This document shows, piece by piece, positions 25,299-36,720 of a stretch of DNA of 64,000 nt (the first letter of the stretch is position 1; every line of letters begins with the position of its first letter). The position numbers and the translations under genes were made by a program. Origin of the DNA: Gnetum montanum (taxonomy: Eukaryota > Plantae > Gnetophyta); NCBI GenBank assembly GCA_015680685.1, contig MNCI01002657.1, forward strand, positions 163,858-227,857, given 5' to 3'. Under the pieces are notes generated by a model. That model saw only the letters and a list, made by a program, of their open reading frames with translations, made no database searches and was not told the origin of the DNA.

Positions 25299-28200
25299 AT
25301 GAGCGACAATGGTGAAAGATGGGAGAGGGCCACGATGGAACCTAGTGGGCATGATGAGCATGACATTGTGTGGAAACTACACTATCTATAACCACGATGA
25401 GCATCGTTTCTAATAAGTGTTTTCCAAAATGTTTATTTTTAGGACTATGCTCTCCATGCTCTAGAGTGTAGTTGGGGTAGTCCAAAGTTAGTCAAAATTT
25501 CATTAATCATGCACAATGTTAAGCCTACAAAGTGTGTTGTACTCTAGTGAGTATTAGGCATATCAAATAAGTTAATCAATGTTCTACACCTGTAGGACCC
25601 TAGGTTTTTTGTCAAAAATGCATACTTTGCTAATTTATGTTAGTAGTTTATTGTATGTATATCAAAATTTGTATCTATATGTGTATAGTAATGCCTTGCC
25701 TATTGCTTGATGACTATAGGGTGTGCTAACACCCATTCTGATAGTGGTTGAGCTCATGGACATCCTATGTTGCATGAGTGAACCCATCCCCAACACGCCT
25801 ATGTCAAACATGCAAGTGGATCATCAGGTAGTGTGGTTTCGGCCAGGAGCCTAGGAGTTTCTAAAATACCTATTGTAGTAGTTTAGTATGATCATGTGAT
25901 CACACTTGGTGATTGAGGCTACTAGTGCTATCACTGAGATGCTACTACCAAGGGCTAACCAGAACATTCTGAAGTTCATCTTAGATGAGTTTTCTACTAA
26001 CATTAATGGGGTAGGAGGCTCAGGTAGAGGGCCTAGGAGCATTCATCAACTATCTAGAGTATGGCGCATGATAGGGCTTGCTTGCTACAACAATAGTAAC
26101 ACCCTTCTTCTCACATAGCGGTTGCATACTCTATTCTACAACCTACCTAGAACCATCTACTGTGTTAAAGGGTAAGTGCTTCTATGGCTCTTGCAATGTT
26201 TTGTGCTACTTGCTGATGTTAAATCACTAATGGTTCTATGGTTGATGCTAGATTCAGAGTTGATGGAGATGGCCCACATGATGATTCAAACGCTTTAGCT
26301 TTAACCCACACTACATTAGAGGTATTCTAATCTAGCACAAATGTTTGGGTAGCCATGATTTAGCAGCTTGGGTGTGATCTAGAGACCTACATCTCCCATC
26401 ACCCGAAGGCCTATGAGTGATGTAGGATCCACAGCTAATTAGATAAAGAGTGGGCTGCTGGTGAGATTAACATTGAGGAGGTGTTTATAGCACCACCCCT
26501 ATCTTGTATTCCATTTGTACTAAATGTGTATCTATGTTTTCCACTCACATGCTTGTGTATACATCCTTTAGTTTACCTTATTTGCATGATGAAGTATTAA
26601 CATTGTTTTTCTTTGTCTTGCAGCAGTATTTGCCTCAACCATGGTGACGGTGGTCACCATGAGTCATATAGAGGCCACCCTCATAATGAAATATAGGGAT
26701 GTAGAGGGTGCACAACACTGGCTATGACACAGGGAACCAGATGCGTTGACAGCTCAGGTCATGCATGTTGGGTTAATGGACCTATTCTTGGCCCTTAGCT
26801 AGAGTATCCTGGTGGCTGAAATGGTCACAATCACTGACTCCTTTAGTAGTGATGTCAAGTAGTTTTTCACTCAGGTGTGCATCGTGACGGTAGTATTGGA
26901 CCTCAGTGAGGCTTTTTTTGCTAATCTCTTTGGCATCCCTACTAATGACCTAATGATCTCTTTGGCTTTTTTTTTTTTTTTGCTGATCTCTTTGTTTGAT
27001 GCTACACAACTAGGTGAGCCCCCTACACTCATGCCTGAGGGCTTACTAGGTAATCTACTTTTATTGTGATTTTTCTTCCCTTATTTACTCTGGCATATTG
27101 AACTATGTTAGGCCATGTGCTAATTGCACCATTGTATTACAGTGACAAATATTCCCAACAGTAGTCTTACATCTACCTACCTCATGCAACCATGGGTAGA
27201 GATGTCAGATAAACTTGTTTTCATGGAAAGCATTGTCAAGGACATGGTGGATCGCTTGCAACAAGCAGACCAAGAGCTAGGTATGTGTATCATGTTATTC
27301 CAATTTTTTCTATCCTGCTTATTTCTCAAATGCTTAGTTTTCAACTAAAAATGACCAATTGTCATATGTTTATAGCTCCTAGGCTGTAATGGAATCCGAG
27401 CAAGGTGGGAAAGGTGCACACTCTACCTGACCTTCCTCCTAAGGTTGATCATGTGCCTTATCATATGTACAAGACATCTAATAAGTGCTTGTTTTTCTAT
27501 GCTAAGTCATTATGGGTCTACAGGTACTCAAATGAGTACCTATGAAAGCACATGCATGAACTACAGGAGAAGGTGGCTAGCCAGGATGAGAAGATCAAGG
27601 ATCTTCAATCTAGGTATGACTTCATAGCGACTAAATCACAGGAAGATGGCACCTGATGCATTTTTAAGATTAAGTATGTTAGGTATTAGACCAGTCTTAG
27701 AGGTAAGAATGAGGCCATGTAGGAGCTAGTAGAGTAGCAACTCCAGATGAACTTGCTTACTTAGAAAACTAGAACTAGAAGAATTATAGCACAAAGGTTT
27801 ACCAATGGGGATAGATTCAAAACAATCATAAACATCAATACAAGTGGTACTGTGACAAGTACCTACAACGGTACAAGGAAAAGTCTACTGAATATCATTT
27901 CCTCAAGATGTTCCTTGAGGTGACTGATGGAAAGCAAGCGTATGACTTGTTTGCACAACATACAGTTATGAGTGACTCTCCCATGAGGTAGATCATCACC
28001 CCCTCCAGAGAGGCTTCTTTTGCCACACATGGAGCCACTTGCATGGACTACTGTGGACAAAGGTAAGACCCTTGTAGGTATTGACTTTGGCTAAGAAGAC
28101 AAGACAAAACTTTCCAAAGCTTGGATCTTTCATTGCTCAGAGGCCAGTCTTGAAAAGTTACCTCCAGAGGTCATTGATGTAGGACCCTCCCAAGTTAATT

Positions 28201-28367
28201 TTTGCTGTGTTAATTTTTTTATGCTTTTTTTGTTTTTCAGTTAGCTTGCTACTTGTAATGCATGCTTACAAATGGCATATATTTGTTTTTTGTTGTCGGA
28301 AGTGCCAAGCAATGCTAAAGACTGCAACAACTCAGTAGAGGAAGCAGAACCTCCACACCCCACCTAG
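25299..28367 (+). pseudogene. Antisense multi-exon accessory gene in element E: FCP1/SCP (NIF, HAD-fold) phosphatase-like domain plus C-terminal coiled coil
   Basis: Exon 25720-26171 reads LIVVELMDIL...VWFRPGA*EFLKYLL**FSMIM*S...LSRVW...YNNSNTLLL...NLPRTI. Next exon from 26252 reads DLETYISHHP. The GT-AG intron 26172-26251 is in consistent phase. Further exon-like blocks near 27143-27280, 27377-27443 and from ~27523 (HELQEKVASQDEKIKDLQSRY). Confidence 0.7.
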
Positions 28368-28689
28368 TGCTACTAGTTGAGCATGACCAGATATACCACC
28401 CACAAACTTTTATTGCTACATTTTTGCTATGTGATACTACTCATACTATGTTGTGCCTATGTGTTGCTATTCATGCTATATTTTATTATGTATGACTATT
28501 TTTTTAAGTATAATGTGCAAACTTTATGGCTATAGGATGATTTTATCACATTTTGATATGATTATGCTTATAATGTAACCTATGCGAACATGCCTAAGTG
28601 ATGAATTAATGTAGCAAAGATGTGTTACACTAGCCTAGAGTTATGAAATGATAGTAATGTTGGGCCATTGCAAACCATAGCAATACTAG

Positions 28690-28940
28690 GCCATTATGAG
28701 CCATAGCAAGTCTGTTGTCAGTTTAAAGCCTTGATGGACCCCATGTTAGTTTGAGGCCATAGTGGGAGGGTTGATGCTAGTTTTGGGCCATTTCAAGCCA
28801 TGCATTGCTAGTTTAAGGCCATAGTTGGTCATTGTTACGAGGTTAAAGGTAGTATGGCTTGCCAATTTTAGGCCATAGTAGGCCACGATCATAGTTTAAA
28901 GTCATTCCCGACCACAGTGATAGTTTAAGGCCATTTCAGG
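28690..28940 (+). repeat. Degenerate tandem array (CTAGTTTAAGGCCAT core) related to the 20120-20440 array
   Basis: About 8 copies of the core. Confidence 0.65.
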
Positions 28941-29244
28941 CTACATATTGCTATCTCTCTTTTTTGTGTGATTTTTGCTTTTATGGTTTTCATGCATATT
29001 TGATGTTTTTCATGCATTAAATTAATAAATGTGAAAGTATAAACTAAGTGAGAAAATGCATAAACAAAGTAGATAAATGTGTAAACAAAGCAAATAAATG
29101 CATAAACTAAGCAACCCGATGCGTAATCTGAGCAATCAAACTAAATGCAAATAACATACTACAATGATAATCTAATGTAAAACAAATGCAATATAAGTAC
29201 AAAGTAAAATACAAGGTGCACAGAACAAAATAGCGGGTAAGCAC

Positions 29245-32200
29245 CTAACGCATTTTGGACTAAGAGGGCACCTTAGTCACATAGTTGCTTTCTAACCTGG
29301 TGTGGGTTAGGAGGTGCATAGGGTCTAGATTGCACTATCTAGTAATCCCCTTGATCTTTGCTTGCTACATCAAAGAGTAATTTTGCCCAAAGGACATCCT
29401 CCAGAAGGTCACTAGCTTTACCACTCTTTTGGTGTATTTGCTTCATGCGTCTCATTCTTTTCCATGGATGCATCATCAGGAAACTCAACCTCTGACCCTT
29501 GCTCCATGTCTATGTTGTTGATGGCTAAGGGGATGGCATTATCACCATGGATGATAACCTCACCACCTTCATATGGGAGGTGGATCTCTTGATAAATTGG
29601 AGAGAAGATAGCTCGTAATTAGGCTAGCCAAGGTCTACCCAATATCAAGTTGAAGCCCAATATCTCTTCTATGACAATGAACTCAACAATGATGAGGAAT
29701 TGCTCACCTACTACAAAAGCTATAGTAACAATGCCCCTAACAATAATGTGTGACCCATTGAAGGATTTCAAACATGTAGTTTTTTTTAGCCTAATTTGAT
29801 CTACGAGACCTAGCTAATCCACGATGGTGTATGATATTATGTTTGTTGTTGCTTCATCATTGACATGCACTCTGTGAATCTTGCATTGCCCAACACATAT
29901 AGTAATAAACATAGGAGCTGTTATGACCTTGTCCCTCTCAAGATTAACCTTGATTTCTTCATCACGAAATGCTAGGGATGTGGAACTTTATTCCTATGGT
30001 GTAGGGGGAAGCATCACTGCATGAATGGAGGTCTCATCTATAAGGATTTCCTTCATAACAGGGATGGAGGTTAACATCTACACTAGTGCTTCACCATGGG
30101 CAGATGAGGTCATGAGCAGGTCATACATGTCCAATGTTGTATTTTTCTATTTAAGCGCTTGTTTGACTTGAGCTAATGTGTCTACAAAGTCCTTGTCATT
30201 AGCCAGGTTTTTGTTAGCCTTGACTTCTTCCATGTAGCCTAAAAAATGAATTTCTCGTAGAGGCAACTTAGGCTTTGTTTACTTGGCTCGCTTAGGAGTC
30301 TTAGTGCTTCCTTGTGATTTGCTCGTTGTGGCCTCTTCAGTTGTTTTCATCATAGGAACCATAGATATAGGAACTAGTTTTGGAAAACCCAACACTCTTT
30401 GGTCTTGATGTTGCCTAATCATTTTATCTAAAAGATGCTTGTTGGGTCTCCTATGTTGCCACCTCAGGGACCTACCAATGTTGCCAAAGGGTTGTCCCTT
30501 GGAAAGAAAGGGACCGATGCATTAGCTATTACTAGGCTTCGAACAAGTGAAGGACTAGCATGTTGTGGCATTCTAATGATGAAGGATGACTAAATGGTTG
30601 TTGTTGATGACACTTGCAGAGGGACCCTAACTATGAAGGACATTGTGAGTGCTTGAGGTGGTGCTCTAATAATGAAAGGAGGCCTCAAACCTATGGGGGC
30701 CAAGAAGACCCTTGCACTACCAGAGGGCACCCAGACCATGAACGGCTACTACACCAGTTCTAGATCATCATCAACGCTGATGGAATTTATGACATAGCTA
30801 GCATCACCTACATTTAGAGGATCATTGTACACCCTCTTGGACTAGTTCTAATGCCTAACCAGGTTTGTAGTGTCAAGTACCAACTCACCTTTATTGATCA
30901 TCCTTTGCAAGTCATCTTGCAAGGCTAGGAAAAAGTCTGTGCTATGGGCAAGCAACTGGTGGTAATGACAATATCGATCTAGCATAAAATGTCTTGGGAT
31001 AAGGGGCTCATTTGGTGCTGCCAAAGCAAGATTTCTTAGTAGCTCGCAATATCTATCATGTTTTTTGTGGGCATCCTTGGACACTTGTTTGTATTGGATG
31101 CAGTCAGCTTTTACTAGTTGGTCCAACAACTCTGAAGGCTTTAGTGGCAATGGGATATACTTAGAGTGATCCTTACGCTCAAGATTAGGCATTTGAAAAA
31201 CTTGCATTATGGCCACCGAGGATGTAGGCTAGTTGATTACCTTAGCACTAGAGTTAGTAGCTTTATTGCTAGCCAGGGCTTTGGGCTGCTTAACCTTCTA
31301 CCCTTGGTTGGTTACTTTGGCTTCTTTGGCTATAGTTGCCACCATTGCATTTTGCTTTCCCTTATCTTTGTCTCTCCTTACATGTTGGTTCTTGTAGGCC
31401 ACATAGGCTAGGTCCTTACTAGCTTCTACCATGTCTTCTATGCTTTTGGTTTGAGTGAAGGCTTGGCTTAGGGATTGTAAGCCCAAGTAATACAGTTTTG
31501 ACTTTATAAAGTCATTGACTATGCCCTTGAAAATGGCTAGGAGATGTGCTTTAGCTATTAGCTCTCATATTTCATTTAGTGAAGCACTCTAGTGTTGAAT
31601 GAACTTCTGCACAAGCTCTAGGTAGCCCTGCTTGACTTGCATTAGTTGATCTAAGATTGTCTCTAGCTTCAAGTTGTATTTGAAGCACATTATGAATTGG
31701 CTCAAGAGGTCCTCCAAAGAGGAGATAGAGCCTCTAGGCAATGCACGGTACCAACCTAATGCTTTTCTAGTTAATGACATGGTGAACACATGCATGATGG
31801 CATGTAGCCATGCTTGCAATAGCAGGCACTTTGACCTAAACATGACTAGATTTGCATTGGGATCTCCCTCACCATTGTATTTGGTGAATTAAGGTAGTGA
31901 GACTCTAGCTGGAAGAGTTAGAGGTGGAACCATAGGACTTCTAGGGTCATCTTGGTAGAAGTTCACCACTTTAACAATTTTGAAGGAGGCAGCTTTGAGT
32001 TGCTTCACCTCTTTTGTCAAGCGTTGGATCATTTGAATTGCTTGGTTTAAGCTTTGAGATTCTCCAACTAGCCATGTTGACTATGTTATCTACTATTGAA
32101 CTAGTTGTGTGCTCCATGGCTTGGTTGTGGGTTGTGAAACTACGCATTGCACTTAATGCATTGGTTGTGCTATAGGGATGGTGATTGGGGCAAGCAACAC

Positions 32201-32950
32201 ATGTGAGGATTGGGCCAACGCCCAGAGCACCAATGACATAGGTAGGACATAGGATGCCTAAGACGTTTGAGGCCTAGAGACAGGCCCTACATGAATGTAC
32301 AGTTGAGTACATATGGTTACTACATGCAGAGATGGCTAAATGGGTTACAATGATGCCACGAAGGGCAAGTCAAGGGAAGTTGCTACATCATAATGTGTAT
32401 TGTGTCTGATGTGTTGCTATTACAAGTTTTGACTTAGGCTTAGTGAAGTGAAAAGGTGATGTTAGTGCTATAAGCATCTTGAACAGAATGGGTGAACTAG
32501 ATTAAGGAGGAGCCAGACTAGGAATCACTCGTTGGAAGATGATGTGGAAGGAGCCTTCATGCTTGGAGTGAGCTTCGAACTCATCCTCCTCCTCCTATAG
32601 GAGGTCCTCACAGTCCATTCCTATGCCGCACTTACTTGCTTGGATAAGCTAGGCTAACAACCGATGGTAGGACTCCATGAGTGAGACGATATCAAATGAG
32701 GAGGGGATATCCTTCCATCTGTCTTGATGGATCAGCTTATAGTTTCATTTTTCCTCCATGTCAAAGCAGTCTATAGATAACCTTGCTTGAATCTTTGCAC
32801 ATATGAAGTTGTCCTACTTGTTACTTAGCACAGTGTATTCTAGGTCTTAACTACATAACTTAAGAGATTCCCTTGGTCCTACCATTATGGGATTCCTAGG
32901 GTCATCAATCCTAATCTTGTGTTGAATGGGCAAGACATTGAATGCATTTG
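29245..32950 (-). pseudogene. gag and protease of element E
   Basis: FTKYNGEGDPNANLVMF; F..SLTRKALGWY (gag); YCHYHQ..HST knuckle; RVHVNDEATTNII and FNLILGRPWL (protease). Confidence 0.8.
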
Positions 32951-33434
32951 AGATTGACATCAAAGGTTGATCTGGATTCATAAACATAGATCAAGTTGCA
33001 AGAGGGTATTGCAAGGGTTGCTAGTTGCAAAACACTATGGACTACATTGAAACTGACCCTATCCTAGCTAACACCATTGACTACACTCTGCACACTCAAG
33101 AGTGGACTATGCTAACTACACTCTCCATGCTGTAGAGTGAACTACACTAGCTACACTGGAGATGACTATGCTTGAGCCAAAAATGATGAGTTTTTAGCAG
33201 GTAGTGGAAATGAGTGTGATTTGGGTTGCTATGCAGGGTCCCAAGGGAACCAACTAGGAGGTCTAATCTACACTAATGAGTTAGTAGACAATGCATGGGC
33301 TGGCCTAAGATCTAGCTACTACTACGTGCGCAATAGGTCCATAGGGGTGTTATGGTCTATGCTAGCCCGAAGCCAGAAACTGTGATGCAAAGAGCAAGTG
33401 AGACAACCACAACAGAGTTTGAAAAAGTAATTCA

Positions 33435-33452
33435 GCCCTCCTTCTAGTGTCA
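33435..33452 (-). promoter_or_regulatory. Primer binding site (tRNA-Asn type) of element E
   Basis: Plus strand GCCCTCCTTCTAGTGTCA matches the 3' end of plant cytosolic tRNA-Asn (GCCCTCCTTCTAGCGCCA) with two C>T changes. Confidence 0.8.
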
Positions 33453-33457
33453 AAAAC

Positions 33458-35074
33458 TATAACACCAAGGTCCATGGGCACACAGCCTAACCCCGAATCC
33501 ATGCAAGAGCCTACTAGAGGCAAAGACAGGGCACCCTAGATGGTCTGGTCGATTGAATAGGAACTTACTAGATGCAACAACGGTGCAACATGGTTAGCTA
33601 TGATGCTAAGGTGAGATGGTGCTAACAGTGCAAGTAGTGTTTATGATACCTGCAGTGTTTGTGATGTCAATGAGGTCAAGCATAGTTATAGGCACCGAAG
33701 GGGGTGAATGTAGTAAAGAGTTTCAATGAGGCAAATGGTATCAATGCACAAAGAGCACTGCCTAAGTGTAGTTCAAGCATGTCTACATAGTAAAAATGGT
33801 GAAACTGTAAATAAAGTGCAGAAAATGCAAAGAAATGGAGAACATGAAGCAGAATACCACCCAAAATTGGATTGAGCATAGTTCACTCCAAAAGGGGGGT
33901 TTAGAAGGTACTTGGTGTATAGCAAGCATAGGTAGATAGCGTAGCCATAGTCCCTGGGTTGTTTAGCCACAAAGACTAGTGTTCTACTAAGGCATATGCA
34001 TATGCTGAGTTGACTACCACAGTGTACTACTAGATGTGGTGTTGTATTGGTGGTCTACCACTTTGTCCATTCACCAACCGCTTGTTGAACTTACCAAACT
34101 AAAAAAAAGGGCCCCCCTTTTCCTCTCTCCCTCTTCTCAAAAAATGTTGAGGCCATGGGTATTTTATAGGTTTAGGGTTAGCGGGAAATGCGAGATGGCT
34201 TCCACATGGTGGATGGGATGACTGGGACTACACTCAACATAGTTACTCTTCATGTGGTGTACCAATGAGGCTAATGGTGTTGATGATGTTGCGCTTTGCT
34301 ATGCTCTGTCAAACTCTATGAGACTGTGAGACTGTGACTATGCTGCGAACCACATCTATGTGCACTAAGAGGGCTGTGAGGTACCTGAAAAATGACACTT
34401 GAAGACTATGCTTTGTGGGACTACGTTCTCGTATGGGATCGAGCATAGTTACAATTTTTTGGGGCAAAAGGGGATACAAAAAAGAAGCATTTTGCCAACT
34501 ATGCCTACTAAAGGTGAGTTGACTACATTGTGGAGCTAAGCTAAGCATCATTACTACCCTATGGAGGTAGCTAGAGACTATCCTTGTTGAGTATGCTCTT
34601 CTAAAAAGTGACTATGCTCTAGATTGGGGAAGAGCGTTGTCTCACTGCTAGTGAAATCTGTTAGGAAAATTGATTTTTTGCAAACTACGCTCTCCCTAAG
34701 AGGCTGACTATGCTCCCAACTAGGGATAAGCATAGTCTTGACACTTGACAAAATTTTTGAAATTGATCTCCTTTTGACTATGCTCTCCTTGAGAGGCTGA
34801 CTACACTCTCAATTAGGGTCAGGCGTATTCTTGACACTTAGCAAAATTTATGAAAATTGACCTTCTGCTAACTATGCTCTCCACAACTATGTTGTCTATG
34901 CTCTAGAATGGTGTGCTTGGGGCAGAGCGTAGTCTCAACACTTAGGTAAAATTTCAAGATTTTTCCCTCCAACTAACTACACTCTCTATGCTCTATAGAG
35001 GGATTGAGTGTAGTTCTCACTTTTTGCAAAAATTTTCAACTAGAACACCGTAGTCTAGATTTGGTGGTGTTTTA
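33458..35074 (-). repeat. 5' LTR of element E
   Basis: Aligns with 17371-18975; adjacent to the PBS. Confidence 0.85.
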
Positions 35075-36061
35075 ATATTTTTGTAAACCTAATGAAAAAT
35101 GGGAGTAAGAGTACAATAAGTACTACCTTGCCGTGTCATTGGAAAGACATGTTACCCATGCCTGAAGGTAGTCCTCTAGTAAGGTTGACATAGTCAAAAA
35201 TAAAATCCATCCACAGAATAAATTTTTGGGGGTCCTATTGGAAAGACAATACCCATGCCTGAAGGTAGGTGGCTTCTCAAAAATCTTAAAAATAACAAAA
35301 AGTACAATTAATAAACTCCTCCCTTGGACAATATTCCAAATGATAATAATCTTTGCAATAGTGATAGTCTTATGGTTGTGAATCCAGGAAATGAAACAAT
35401 GTGATGTCGCTAGACAATGGTTTGGAATTGGTTTGAATCTTGGGAAGAAGGGCTAATGATTACTCTAACCACAAAATACACACAAGAATTCATTATGCCT
35501 ATGGTAAGATACCTTACATTCCAATTTTAGCAATCCTTTCTACAATCCATTTCATCTCACTGTATATTTAATTGCAACTTGTGGTTTTATGTAATATAGC
35601 ATTATTGTTCCAAACTAGCAATTCTAATATGTGTGTTTTGCTAAACAAGTATGTCTTACATTCAATTCCTTGAGTGCCTAAGGACACTTTTAGCCATGGC
35701 TATACAAGGGCATTAAGGATTGGAGCCTACTTTGGGCAGGACTCGCTTGTATAACTCTTGTATTTCATAATTCGCAAGTAATTCCACATCATCTTATGCC
35801 TTTCAACATCATCAACCATCTCATAAATACTTCCCTTACTTTCACAATTCTGTCCATGAACCTATAAACTCCATCCATCTTCTATACACTTCATAAACTT
35901 TCATAGCCTGAAATTCCTTCTTTATGAACTTTAACCACCTAATCTTCAATGTCTGAGCATCATGGCTACTCTAAGACCCTATGGAAATACTTACTGTCTT
36001 CCAATCATTCCATTTAACTCATTTTTCCCCAAGAAATTGATCTAAAATTTGAAATTTTTCA

Positions 36062-36145
36062 AGGTGATGTCGTTGATATGATGTATGAGCCCCTCATACA
36101 TCGTTGATACGATGTCGTATCAACGATATTGTGCTTATAAAAATA
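36062..36145 (+). promoter_or_regulatory. Putative internal promoter of element A's extra ORF (LTR-type palindromes plus TATA)
   Basis: Perfect inverted repeats GATGTATGAG/CTCATACATC and ATCGTTGATACGA/TCGTATCAACGAT, followed by CTTATAAAA. The same motif lies upstream of the TATA in A's LTRs. Confidence 0.5.
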
Positions 36146-36720
36146 CTATATTTTCATTTTTCACATTTGCAACAAGGGAAGCTTTTGTTATTTTCTTTCT
36201 AAGCTCTAAGATGCTAACTTCCAATGCTTATAACTTTGTCCCCACAGCTCCGGTTTTTGAATTTTTGAATCTTGTTGATCTTGAAGCACTCAACTTAGTT
36301 GTGGGAATGACATCAAGGAAAATTTGAGCCAAAATTTTTGAAAACCTTTATAACGTCAGAAGATAGTCTAAGGGTAAGTAAGATGAAACACTAAGGATGA
36401 TATCATGAATTAAGTAAATTTCAATCAAATATTTCAATGATTCCTCCTAATAAACCATTCTAACTAATTTTAAGGCATCATAAGCAAAACATAATAATAA
36501 GTGTGGGATGTCATGATAATAAAAGATGCAACTATCTGGGGATATCATTTTGAAAATTTTTCTAACTCTACAATTATCATAAAATAAGAATGTGATCAAA
36601 CCAAGAGTACGAGAAGGATTATAAACCATTAAACATTGATTTAAAAATGCTGGTAATCCTAAACTCTTAATTGATTGCAGATGGTGCCAAAAAGACCAAC
36701 AAAAGGAGGACCTTTCCAAC

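Larger units (their letters stand above)
23968..29244 (-). other. Putative ~5.3-kb intron separating protease and RT in element E
   Basis: Candidate donor TTAG|GTGCTT at 29244; acceptor TTCTGGTTTATTTTGTAG|GAA at 23968 resumes in frame with the RT ORF, 118 codons upstream of 23613. Confidence 0.55.
17371..35074 (-). mobile_element. Tat/Ogre-type Ty3/gypsy LTR retrotransposon with additional RNase H (element E)
   Basis: ~1.6-kb LTRs at 17371-18975 and 33458-35074 with TGNAACACC...GGTGTTTCA termini; tRNA-Asn PBS; domain order gag-PR-[spacer]-RT-RH-aRH-INT. Flanking 5-mers do not match. Confidence 0.88.

Noticed and set aside
24862-25302. 146-aa ORF upstream of the NIF-like gene
   Set aside because: No recognisable motif and includes T-rich intron/UTR-like stretches; treated as leader sequence.
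33435-33452. tRNA-Asn gene fragment
   Set aside because: Only the 3' 18 nt, adjacent to an LTR: a primer binding site.
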